The notes under the pieces: generated by a model | The model's database searches: none | What the model was told of the DNA's origin: nothing | Seen by the model: the letters and a program-made list of their open reading frames with translations, nothing else | Part shown: positions 24,911 to 37,700 of the stretch, piece by piece | Position numbering within the stretch: the first letter of the stretch is position 1 | How the letters are laid out: every line of letters starts with the position of its first letter | Position numbers and translations under genes: made by a program | Assembly: GCF_004010195.1 (NCBI RefSeq) | Contig: NC_057719.1 | Coordinates: forward strand, 59,162,164-59,226,163 | Origin: Chiloscyllium plagiosum | Taxonomy: Eukaryota | Direction of reading: 5' to 3' | DNA length: 64,000 nt

Positions 24911-26620
24911 AATCTCACTATACATTTTTCTCCTCACTATAATCCTTTGGGATTCCCTTTGTTTTAGCTACCACCCTTGCTCTTTCTTTGCTTCCCTATT
25001 CTTTTCAAATTCCCTTCTGAACTTTCTCTGTTTGAGCTTGATCACAATTTTATGATCTGCCTCATATCTGTCATAAACACACTTTTTCTGCTTCACCTTA
25101 CTTCCTCTGTCATACATTATTCAGGGATCTCTGAATTTGTTTCTCCCATCTTTTCTTTTGTGTGACTATACCTAGAATTTGTCCAAATTATCTCCTGTTT
25201 AAAGACACTCCATTCAGTTAAAGTTTTGTTGGACAATCTTTGATTAATCTGAGTCAAATCTGTTCTTACAGTCTCCTGTCACAAGCAAGCAGCCTGGAGG
25301 AACCTGGGTTCCAACAATATAGACACTATTGTGCAGAGCTTGGAGCCCATTCTTTCCAGGATTGGAAAAGAGGCCAATTCCATGTCAGCACTTGCAGTCT
25401 CAACCATGATACAATGTATGGCTTCAGCCTCAGTTTCTATTATAGGGTCAGGCAGAAGCTTAGTGCTACAATAGAGGCAAAGAAGAAGGTCATAACCATG
25501 ATCATTACCATACAGACTTAGCCTGCTGCCATCATGAATGTGCATGTCATGATCAAAGGGATACGCAAGCTCTCAGAACATGTCCAATAATCTTTCTTCC
25601 AACAAAAGTCCAGGATTGCTGATGTCTTGCCCAAGGCAGCGATCCTGACATTATATAAAATTCATCCTCCTATGATGAACCTTTTATGTTCCACCACTAC
25701 CACTCCACCACTGTACTTACTACTACCTTCCAGCCAGTCCTGACCTCAGCTGCCCATATCTAAAGTTGGCTCACTAAGGCCCAGAGCTTCTCAAGCTTCA
25801 GGTCATGGGCACTCTGTTTGCAAACCCTTTGCCTCCAAGTTGAGAAGGAGATTGAGTAGATGGTTGCACAGGAAAGGGCAAGCTGCTCACAGAGAGTGAA
25901 ATCTTCCTGAGCATTAACAGGGAGGTTTCATGGCAAGAATGGCAGTAAACACAGACAGTCATGCATCACATTGGCTCCCTAACACATTGTGGCTACTGAG
26001 CATTCTACCAAAGATAGTTGTTACAGCAGTAGCTAGTAGCTGACAGGCAAAGGTACATAGCTCCTTAGGATCTTGGGAGTCTAACTGAGACAAGATGTAC
26101 TGACTGGGACTCCCCCCACATTCAATGGTCATTACACTGGGCCTGAAGGCAAGGAGAGATCTGAAGGCAGGACTGAAGCAACAGGTTAGGGTCAATTGAC
26201 TTATTTTCTGAATTATCCCATCCAAGAACCACAGGGATCAAAGGACCACAACTGGCCACAAGCAATACTGTTGAGGATATGCCTAATTCTCATTTTTTTA
26301 CTTGCCATCAACATTATTGGGCAACAGCCTTTTGTTATTCAATGTAACTTTTCTTTAAGGGAGGCAACCTGACTTTAAGAGATAGAGACTAGCTGGAAAA
26401 TCCCCTTCAGCACGCACCAGCCAGCAGTGTGCCTCATGATGGGGTGCATGCAATAATCATATAAGTCAAGACAGCAGTATGAAACGTATATGCTCTCTGC
26501 CTCCTCAGTCACAGGCAGGGGCAGGTCATGAATTCCAATGTCCACACTCACAAATATCCTGCCCATCAAAGTCTAACCTTTAATACATTTCACTTGCACA
26601 GATAGCTGAACGGTACTTAC

Positions 26621-26654
26621 GCATCATGAGAAGTGATATACATGGGGCGCTCAT
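26621..26654 (-). CDS. candidate first coding exon (exon 26621-26682; MSAPCISLLMM + 1 nt)
   Basis: Acceptor gctttagcctAG, ataATG start at 26654, 34 coding nt and donor GTAAGTA. Phase 1 is compatible with the 21277-21461 exon. Confidence 0.3.
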
Positions 26655-26819
26655 TATTGATTCAGTTCACAGAATCACTGCCCTAGGCTAAAGCATTAAA
26701 TTCCAAACCAAATCTTCAAATTAAAACTAGAATAAAAGTGACAAAATACTTAAGTAATGATACAATAGATATACTTAGTTGAGAAATACATTTTTTATTA
26801 TTGAATTGTATTTAATTCG

Positions 26820-27960
26820 GTGGAGAAAGTAAGGAATGCAGATGCTGGAGAATCAGAGTTGAAAGGTGTGGCACTGGAAAAGCACAGCAGGTCAGGCAGC
26901 ATCTGAGGAGCAGGATGTTTTGGGCTTAAACCCGTCATGAGGAATGTAGAGGTGGAAGGGGGCTGAGAGATAAGTAGGAGAGTGGGTGTGGAGAGAATGA
27001 AAGGTAGCTGGCAATGTGATAGATAGATGCAGGTGGGGGAGTGATTGTGATGTGTTGGTGTGGAGGGTAGAGTGGATAAGGTGGGAAGCACGATGGACAG
27101 GAAGGACAGATCAAGAGGGCGGTGCTGAATTGGCGATTTGGATCTGGGATGAGGTGAGGCGAGGGCAGATTTGAAAACTGGTGAAGTTGATGTTGACACC
27201 GTGTGGTTGAAGGGGCCCAAGGCGGAAGATGAGGCATTCTTCCTCCAGTCGTCGGATAGTTTGGACTTGGCGGTGGAGGAGGCCCAGGACTTGAATGTTG
27301 TTGATGGAGTGGGAAGGGGAATTGAAGTGGTCGACCACAGGGCAGTGGGGTTGTTGGATGTATGTGTCCCAGAGATTTCCCTGAAACATGCCACAAGTTG
27401 CGTCCTGTCTCCCCAATGTAGAGGAGGTCACATTGAAAGCAACGCACAGAGTAAGATGAGGAGTTTGGAAGTGCAGGAAAAACTATGCCGGATGTGAAAA
27501 GATCCTTTGGGGATTTGGACAGAGGTGACAGGACAGGTTTTACACCGCTTGCCATGGCAAAGCAAGGTGCAGGGTGTGAAGGATAGTTTGCTGGGTGGCA
27601 TGGACCTAATGAGGGAGTCATGGAGGAAATGCAAAATGGGGTGGAGAGGGAAATATATCTCGGGAGGTGAGGTCTGATTGTAGGTGGTGGAAATGGTTGA
27701 AATAGTATTGTATCTGGCGATTAGTGGGTGGAACGTGAAGACCGGGGGGGAGTTTCTTTGTTATGGTTGGAGGATTGGAGTTGAAGGGCGGAGGTGCGGG
27801 AAATGGAAGAGATGCACTGGAGAGCATTGTTGATCACATGGCAGAGGAATTCCTTGAAGTAGGAAGCCATCTACGATGTTCTGGAGTAGAATTGCTCTTC
27901 CTGAGAGCAGATATGGCAGAGGTGGAGGAATTGGGAGTGACGGGTCATGTTTTTACAGCG
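26820..27960 (-). mobile_element. Penelope-like element 3' portion (GIY-YIG)
   Basis: CHGKRCKTC, YSVRCFQCDLLYIGETGR and RRLEEECLIFRLGPLQPHGVNI across frameshifts. The pLTR tail is at ~26820-26945. Confidence 0.9.
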
Positions 27961-29594
27961 GGGGGAGGAGTTGGAAGGGGGGCATTATTCTGGTGTTAGG
28001 ATACTTAAGATCACTTGAACTTTTAAAATCAAAAGGCCTAATTTCTACATACAAAGTTGAGAACTGTGGCTTAATCAGAGCTCATCAATTTCTTGGCAAT
28101 TTGCAATGGATTTACCATTAATAAGTTGTAGGTGAAATAAGTATAGAACTGTTTCTCTCAGGAGCAAAATACGATGTCTTAGCACATGAATAATTCTCCA
28201 GTGATACACTCCTGGTAAGTCCAGCTTTACATACACGGGAGCATTATATTGCATGCACTGTAGACTCATCAGATGCTGCAGCATAAAACCAAACAACTTC
28301 ATTCATCAACAGTGGTTTCATGAACATTTCAACTCTCAATTATGGTACAACCCAGCATGAGAAAGAAAAGAACAAGGCTGAAGTGTTGTAGACATCTTCA
28401 GCGAAAGTAACACAACGATATTCCTACTGAGCCTTCTCTTGAGGTACCCACCATCAAATAAGCCAATCTTCAGCCAATTTGATGCACTCTCCAGGATTTC
28501 AAGAACTGGCTGAGTGCATTAGGTGCGTACAGCAAAACTATATCTTCCTGTCTTATTAAAAGATACTAAAACATGGAATTTCTGCTTAGTTATGCAATGG
28601 GTTATTTAAAGCATTTGTCAGAAACTGCTATGGGCAATGCAAGGATTATGACACTTTAAGTACAAAATGCATTTAGCACAAATCAAATATCTGCAATCTT
28701 TGGACTAATAAAAAAAAATTGGTACAGGCCCCAACCATAAAACTGGTTATGTCATCAGGATTGACTGATCTCCATTGGGACTTTCTGCTAATTGTGTTCA
28801 TTTTTAGGGTTTCAAGAGGGCTTTAAAAATTAAGCTATTTTTTTTGGCTACAAGAATAAAATGTTTGTTTTTCTTAAGTTTTCTAATATATTGATCACTG
28901 TAAATTAATACACCAGGAAAGTAGTTTGTGTGAGCAGTTTTCAAAAGTCGTTTCACTGAAAAACATCACTATACTTACCTGTGTTGAATTGACATTGTGA
29001 TTAATTTTTTAAAATAATAAGCCCATTTTCAGATGTATTCATCAAACTATACCAAATTACATGTTTAATCACATCAACAAATATTTTTGCAGCAAATTTG
29101 TATCAATTTTTCAATTACATTTTGAAACAGTGACTGATTGCACTGGTTCAGGGTGGATACTGCTCTGACAATATATGAGTGAGGTTTTTAAAAGAATTTT
29201 GGAGGGGAAGATACACTTCTCAAAGTGGCTTTTATTTCAGACAAGGAAAGACTCCATCCAAAACCCATTCATGAGAGCTATTTACAATCGCTGTAAACCT
29301 ATGATAAAGAATCCAGCAAACAGGTATCTTGTTTATCCATATTTGTTGGTTCAGTTACATCAAATGGGGAAAGTATTCAGTACAATGTTATTATCCATAT
29401 ATCTCCATATGGCAAGGGCTGCATTATAGAGTGCTCCTGTCAGAGCAGGTTTGAAACCTTGCCAATATCTGGATGTAAATAGTAACATAGGACAGTGCTC
29501 GTATCACGTGCCATCATCATGTTCCAAGTAAAATTGTAGTGAATTCTGCAATAAAGGAAGACACGTTGTACTTTCACAAGACCAACAACTTGAA

Positions 29595-30135
29595 AACAGA
29601 AATAGGCCATTCAGCCCATTGAGTCTTTGCTCAGTCAATCATGACTAATTTGACAATCCTCAGCTTTACTTTCTTGCTTTTTCCCAATAACAAGTTATTC
29701 CTTTACTAATTAAAAATCTGCCTCAGTCTTGAATACACTTAATTACCCAGCCTCAACAGCCCTCTGCAGAAAAGAAATTTCACAGATTCACTAAAGTTTG
29801 AGAGAAGAAATTTCTCCTAATTAATGTCCTAAATGTGCACCCCCTTAAGCTGACATTATACTCTCTGGTCGTAGGCCTTCCCATGAGAGGAATCAACGTC
29901 TCAGCATCTAGCCTCTTAAGTCACTATCGGAATCTTACATCTTTCAGTAATTTGCTCCTCATTCTTCTATATTAGAATGGGTACAGACCCAACCTACTCA
30001 ATCTCTCTACATAAGACTGTCTCTTCATATCTGGTATCAACCAAGTGCTCCTTCCCTGGACTGCCTCCAATGCTGTTTATCCTTGGATAAAGGGCCCAAA
30101 ACTGTTCACAGTATTCTATCTGTGGTCTGACCAGT
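29595..30135 (-). mobile_element. old CR1 3' fragment
   Basis: ggccattcagcccattgag tail and gcccaaaactgttcacagtattc (EYC.QFW region). Confidence 0.65.
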
Positions 30136-30627
30136 TCCAACTTGCAATTTAATTTGTCAAAGAATTAGACCCTTTAGATAACCATTAATCAGTTAGACCT
30201 AAACAAATCAATAAGTTTCTTTTTAATTCTTTCATGGGCTGTCGGTATTTCTGGTGAGCCTGGTACTTGTGCATATCCATAATCATCCTTGAACTGAAAG
30301 GCTTGATATGTCATTTCAGACAGCAGCAAAGAGTCAACAACACTGTAATGTGCAAGGATTGAAAAGCTACAATGACTAGATTGCTTTGTTCTTAATGAGA
30401 TTGGTTTTGTATACATACTGAGGAAGCTAATGGGTTTTCATCTATCTGTTGCTGTAATTAAATCACACAATATATTTGGATCCTTACAAACTATATTTTA
30501 GCTAAATTTCATCCCAATTTTAAATCTTGTTCAAGCATATTCTTTTTTGAATCTTGCAGGATATATTTTTATGATGTAAATATTAAAAATCCACAAAGAG
30601 TTGAGCTAATGCTTTAAAATGATGACA

Positions 30628-32320
30628 ACATAGAACATAGAACATTATAGTGCAGTACAGGCCCTTCGGCCCTTGATGTTGCGTGTACATGTGAAACCAA
30701 TCTGAAGCCCATCCAACCTACACGATTAGATTTTCATCCATTTGTTTATCCAATGACTATTTAAATGCCCTTAAAGTTGGCGAATCTACTACTTCCACAC
30801 CCCAACTACTCTCTGAGTAAAGAAACTACCTCTGACATCTGTCCTATATCTATCAACGCTCAATTTAAAGCTATCTCCCCTCGTGCTAGCCATCACCATC
30901 CAAGGAAAAAGGCTCTCACTAAGGTCCACCCTATCTAACCCTCTGATTACCTTATATGTCTCAATTAAGTCACCTCTCAATCTTCTTCTCTGAAACAAAA
31001 ACAGCCTCAAGTCCTTCAGTCTTTCCTCATAAGATCCTCCCTCCATACCAGGTAACATCCTGGTAAATCTCCTTTGAACTCCTTCCAAAGCTTCCACATC
31101 CTTCCTATAATGTGCTGACCAGAGCTGTACGCAATACTCCAAGTGCGGCCGCACCAGAGTTTTATACAGCTGCAACATGACCCCATGGCTCCAAAACTCA
31201 ATCCCTCTGCCAATAAAAGTTAGCAAACCGCATGCCTTCTTAATGACCCTATCAACCTGGGTGGCAACTTTTAGATGTCTATGTACATGGACATGGCGAT
31301 CTTTCTGCTCATCTACACTACCAAGAATCTTACCATTAGCCCAGTACTCTGCATTCTTGTTGCTCCTTCCAAAGTGAATCACCTCACACTTTTCCACATT
31401 AAACTCCATTTACCACCTTTCAACCCAGCTCTGCATTTTATCAATGTCTCTCTGTAACTTGCAACAAGCTTCAGCACTATCCACAACTCTACTGACCTTA
31501 GTGTCATCTACAAATTTACTAACCCATCCTTCTACATCCTCATCTAGGTCATTTCTCAAAGTGACATTCAGCCTCTGTATTTTGTGCAACAGCCTACCAC
31601 GGGGAATCTTACCAAATGCCTTACTGAAATCCATTTACACCACATCAATTGCTTTACCTTCATCCACCTGTTGGTCACCTTCTCAAAGGTTTGTGAGGCA
31701 TGACCTACCCTTCACAAAACCGTGTTGACTATCACTAATCAACTTATTCCTCTCTAGATGATTATAAATCCTAACTCTTATAACCCTTTCCAATACTTTT
31801 ATGACAACGGAAGTAAGGCTCACTAATCTATAATTACCAGGATTGTCTCTACTCCCCTTCTTGAACAAGGGAACAACATTTGCTATCCTCCAGTTTTCTG
31901 GCACTATTCCTGTAGGCAATGATGACATAAAGATCAAAGCCAAAGGCTCTGCAATCTCTTCCCTGGGTTCCCAGAGAATCCTAGGATAAATCCCATCCAG
32001 CCCAGGAGACTTATTATTTTCACACTTTCCAGAATTGCTAATACCTCCCCCTTGTGAACCTCAATCCCAACTAATCTAGTAGCCTGTATCTCAGTATTCT
32101 CCTCAACAACATTGTATTTTTCCTGTGTGAATACTGATGAAAAATATTCATTTAGCGCTTCTCCTATCTCCTCAGACTCCACGCACAACTTCCCACTACT
32201 GTCCTTGATTGGGCCCAATCTTACTCTTTTATTCTTTTATTCCTGATATACCTACAGAAAGCATTAGGGTTTTCCTTGATCCAAAAACTTCTCATGTCCT
32301 CTCCTGGCTCTTCTTAGCTC
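30628..32320 (-). mobile_element. CR1 LINE, 5'-truncated with internal deletion in RT
   Basis: WRIANVVPLFKKG..GNYRLVSLTS, DFSKAFGK, KFVDDTK and LVRPHLEYCVQLW, with a (tatgttc)n tail. DFSKAF and FVDD are abnormally close together. Confidence 0.95.
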
Positions 32321-33521
32321 TGCACACATAATGCATTATCCCAGCTCCCACCTTCTTAAGTCAGATGCAACGTCTTTTCAACAATGCTTTATAAAGATGA
32401 GGTTAGATTTGTGTTTTTGTATTGTTTTTAAGTGCAGATGCCAACCATATCATTTTAGAAATAGGAGCCTGATAGAACTTTTAAAGAAATGGCCATTGAA
32501 TGGTCTTTAGCAAGCTTTCGAGCACTAAAGTAGTTGCAGGCTACTGATGCAAGCAGGAGATAAAGAGACGGCATTTCAAGGTGGAGATGCCCACTCAGTG
32601 TTGTTTACAAACCTGAAGAACAGAAATGGCCACATTTTCCACACCACTATTTGTTGAATCAAGGGTGCAGATACCACAAATCAACTGCCGAGGTTCATCT
32701 CTCCTGCTTATGTAGAATAACAAGATGATTTTTTGTATGCAGATTTAATGCTTATGGACAAGAAAGCTCATTGAAGTTGGATACAGGGATCTCTGACTCA
32801 ATGCCATGGAATCAGGAAAGCTCCCAACAGCCTTACAATCAACTTCAGGGTGAAGGAGGCATTCAAATCAGGGTAACAGGACAGACGCAGGCTACAGTAT
32901 GCTATAATGGGAGAGAGATCACTTTGTATATCATTCATAAACATCACTTTTGTTATTTAACAGGTATGCTTGTGTGGCTTTGAATCTTACCTATTGAGCA
33001 GTTAAAGCATCTGCCAGTGCTAGAGACTCTGTACAATGAACAATTGTAGATGCACTCTCAGAGCTGTGAAGTTCTCCATAGAAACTGAAGGTGCTTATTT
33101 CTTTTCTAGCCAGGATCTTAACCTATCCACAGTGTGCACTGCATTATGCTAGTGTGGACAAATATCTCCACTTAGCATGTGTATAAGGAGTAGTGTCATG
33201 ACAACATCAAATCACATGGAACAGGTCCCAAACGTGCAGGCTTCAACAGAAGTCTTCTCTTATCATCTCCTAAATATAACTTATAATTAATACACATGGT
33301 CATTGTTCATCAACGTCAGTTTGACCTGCCTCCTTTCACAACCCTAACCTGATTATATTATGCTATAGTGAAGGGAAACCTTCTAATACAACCAATAACT
33401 GAGATCATGTCGACATGATAGGTGTAGGGTGGAGAGATGAAATCATTAAATTTATCCAAGATTCTGATTAATAGAATTAATTAGAAACTTTTCATGATGT
33501 TAACAAGTGACCTGCACTCAC

Positions 33522-33627
33522 AAACTGCAGTCTCCCAGCCTGGCCTGGCTTTTGGCCTGTAACTGGGGAGGTAGTGAATAATCGGTACCCCTGCCAGCCC
33601 TGAGAAATTGCCACCGCCTACTTTATA
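33522..33627 (-). promoter_or_regulatory. candidate TATA box with short non-coding first exon
   Basis: TATAAA at 33627-33622 (another at 33675-33670), then ~75 nt of GC-richer sequence with no ATG, ending in ttt|GTGAGT at 33521. Confidence 0.25.
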
Positions 33628-34560
33628 AACTCCATCCCTATATGTCCTCAGCATTGTCACAAGGTCAAATTTATATTCCGGAGCTTTCCCAACCATTGCA
33701 TGAAGAGAAATTCAGTGATATGAAGGGCTTCAATATTTAATTTGACTCTAAAATTGAGCACCTTTCTCATAGATTTTTTTTGTCACTGTGTTGAATCAAT
33801 GCCAAATCACAAGGTTACAGCAAAGACAAACAGTCATTCTTGACTAACGATTGTTTCATCTATAAATTGCAGACAATTCCATGCTATAGTTTGACTAAAA
33901 TAGACTCTTGTTTATGATCGTTTGTGTACTTATTCATTGTGTTGACTGTAACAGTAAATGAACAGAGTAAACTTACTTGAATTAAACAAGAAATTTGTTT
34001 CCTGCTTTTGACTGAAAATCACAGCTGGTTACTGTGTTCCAAGAATACAAGGAAGTGAAACAATAGGTGTAAAACAAAGCAAGGTTTAATTTATTTTTCT
34101 TCAACTGGAGCTTGGGTTCACTCGTACAAATAGATCAAAATCAGCCAATACTCTAGAAATAAACTGATTACAGTATAATTTCATGGCAGCAAATGTTTGA
34201 ATCAAGTTGGCAGCTTCTGCAAAGTCTATAGTAGTTAAGATGGAAGAGGTAATGGACCAGTCCAGTAGAAAGGATGGTAAAGATATTGAAATGTTTGGTC
34301 ATGAAATAGAGTTTGTGGGTAAATGCTGGACTAATGCTGCACTCAATTCTCAATTTTTCTTATTGTGCAGCATCAAACAATGGCTTGACTGGATGGAATG
34401 ATACTGACCTTCATGAGTTCTGATTGCTTTGTGAGTCAGCTTCACTTAGCTGTTTCAATTGAGAATGGTCCATTATTTTGGAATTGTTCTAATTCAAAAC
34501 ATGCATAAAATGATATTCTCTCCATTCAAGTACCATCTCTAATAGTTATAGCATTTTATC

Positions 34561-34777
34561 TGAGCTGAAAAATGTGTTGCTGGAAAAGCGCAGCAGGTCA
34601 GGCAGCATCCAAGGAGCAGGAGAATCGACGTATTGGGCATAAGCCCTCATTCCTGAAGAAGGGCTTATGCCCGAAACGTCAATTCTCCTGCTCCTTGGAT
34701 GTGCCTGACCTGCTGCGCTTTTCCAGCAACACATTTTTCAGCTCTGATCTCCAGCATCTGCAGTCCTCACTTTCTCC
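34561..34777 (+). mobile_element. fold-back PLE-terminal element (family A) with intact hammerhead motif
   Basis: ~86-bp inverted arms (34562-34647 and 34660-34744). CTGAAGA-A-GGGC-TTAT-GCCC-GAAA-CGTC is at 34653-34680. Flanking ttata(g/t)cattttat is at 34546-34559 and 34778-34791. Confidence 0.9.
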
Positions 34778-37700
34778 TTATATCATTTTATGTCAATATT
34801 AAAAAACAATAAAATTCAAGTTATCCACCACCCCAGCAATCAGATTTTTCCATCAACTGGAGACTCTGGTAATCTCCATACCCCAGGCTTTACTGTTACT
34901 GTATAAAATATCAGCGTTGTCAATCTGAAATGTTAGTGAAAGAACTGGTTAGAAATTGAAGTATTTTATTCCCTGAGTTTTTACAGTGTTGACAACCAAA
35001 GCTGATGAGGCTGTAAGCATCTGCACGCTGCAGTAGACATCAAATAATATTTCAATCAATTCCTGCTCTCACAAACTGCCCATTTCCTGAATATGAATTT
35101 ACTTTTTTTATTTTTCTTGAATGGCAGTGGTGATCCCATAATTACAATGATTTCTTTTCACTAACTTACATCTTTAGTCAAGTTTCCTACTAGAAATCAA
35201 TAGCTCATAAATAAAAGAGATTTTCTGTCAATCACACAATGTCTGCTGATATCTTGAAATAAGTGATGTCAACGAACATAATTGGAATGTTTTAGGGTTT
35301 GAAAGAATAAATTAACAATATGTTTAGCTCATAATGTCAAATACTTATGAAAATACTTTATTTGTGGATTATGATAAGGGGATAAGGAAGCTGCCTGGAA
35401 AGATGTTTGGAATAAGACACTTTGTTTTTCAAACAGATAAATGCTATAAAAGGGAACATAATGTTTTGGTAGGATTAGATCAAATGAAATTGAATTATCA
35501 AATCAAATCTTGTAGAATATAGAAAATGGATGTGACAGAAATAAAATTATTTGAAGCAAGTCATTACTTTCCTGAATAAATCAAGCAACAAAGTACAGAG
35601 ATTGCAGCCCCTAAATCTAATCTAACTCCTGTAGAAGAGTTATGCAGTTAGAAGCCACAATAAATGACAATCTCTCCAGTCCTCTACAGTCAGAGTCTGA
35701 GAGATTTGGACACCAACATTCATAAGCATTGGCCTCATTCAAACTCCCACCCAAAAGCAACAGGAAGTGGTAGTTGGTCAGGAAGCAGGAACTTATTTTT
35801 GAGCAGCAGGTTTTTTGATTTAAAAAAGTCCTTAGAAGTTTGCAATGTTCAACTTTTCAATTAGCATCAGAACTTATGCACCATTCTATATTGTTAAATC
35901 AATTCAAAAAAGGCTCAGAGTGAATATTTACTTTGACAAAATATCAATTTTAATTACTGCACATTTGAATATAATTTCAGGCTGGAAACAATGCTGGCGC
36001 ATGCTCCATGATAAAGTAAGAGGGTTCTGTGCCTTACAGAAGCAAAGTAACAAGAATAATTGTAAAACTGTAAAACATCATTTGTAAAACTGTTTGCTAC
36101 ATCTATTATTATGTCAGAAGTACCACAATGGAGCTTTGCCAGGAATTGTAAATACGTTTAAATGTTTTACTTAATATTTTATCAACAACTTTATCATAAC
36201 TATTATCAATTTGCATTTTCCTTCCTTATTTGTCGACTATTTTTATCATTGCCCACGTCTGATAAGTGAGTTTTTTTCAATTTTGGTAATGATCTAAACA
36301 TCTGTCGGTTGCAGCTGTCACTCAAGAAAACTGTGAACGGATTTTTCTTTCATGCACTGAGAAATGTTCAACAGGATAAAACCGTACCTTGGAAGCACCC
36401 AAACAATTGTAGTTTCACAGCTTGCACTTTGAATCAAAAAATTTAAGAATCAATTTTACCTTATTATGCAAGGCGAGGATAAGGAGTAAAATAGTGGTAC
36501 TTGTATTGTGTTTACAGTTTTATACAATACAATTTTAGCATTGGATCACACAAGTTGCACATAGCCCTGGAAGGTTAAGAGCAGGGCCATTACAGATTCA
36601 AAAAGGTTTATACTGTCCAATTTCTTTGGATTTCCAAGTAACCCAGGATTAGGATTGGTTCTCCTCTGGGTTCCACAGAAAGATGCTGGTACGCCCCTTC
36701 CTCGGTACTCTTTGAAAATGCTATTTGTGTTTTTCTTGGTTAAGTATAAGCTGTATTGAGTTTTTTGAAAGGCTTTTTACTGTGAGCCCCAATGAAATTT
36801 CTTGCCGTATCATACCAAATATGCCTCATTAATTACCTATCCTGACCCCATGGTATCCCTCTTAGCCAAATAAAGTCTCATCTTACAACACAACATTTAC
36901 AGCTCAGCATTCAGCGAATATCCACTGAAAGATTGGCATCCTGTACACCCGTGCCATCTTTGAAAGGTCACTATGCATCTGGACATGTGATGGCCATCCA
37001 GCATTGTCGCTGACTGGCAATGTCATGGCACTCCACCCACAAAGCCAAGCTACTCACAGTACACAGCCAATGTAGCTGACATTCCTTCACACATACAATC
37101 CCATTCTCTCAGTAAGACAAAGGGACTTTTGCGACAGAAATTGTGTAAATAATTTAGGGATCCACTACATGTCCAAATGCATGAGTTAGTCCTGAGCTAC
37201 ATTGATTCCTAAATCATTCCACTAAGTGTTTTTGTCCTATCAGTCACCACAATTTCAATTGCTGCACCTTCACAATTGGAGTTTGCACAAGAAATAATTT
37301 ATAGTTTCTACTGTAATATAAATTAGGTACCACATAACAAGAATAATGGATGTTGCGTCATTTTAATACATCGCAATGTTCTCATACATTAAAGATAATT
37401 CAAACCCCTGCTTGGGATACTGAAGACTATTTGTCCTTTTTGAATGATTGAAATCCATTGCCCTCCAGGCTAAAGTAAAATGTCAATGATATATTTGCTT
37501 GTAATCAAGTAATCAATTTGAAACTTCTCATTATCTGGCAACACTCATTGTAAGCAATCAAGATATCATCCAATAAATTGCACAAAACCATTAACCATAG
37601 TTAGCATAGACAAATGCAACTAAAGCACACTGTAGGTTTAAGACTAGAGTATTCATTTAACAACTGTTCCATTATAGAGGGCACCCAGATAATTGTTATA

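Noticed and set aside
28971..28981. ATACTTACCTG as the 5' end of U1 snRNA
   Set aside because: The downstream sequence does not continue as U1. It is simply the reverse complement of a consensus splice donor.
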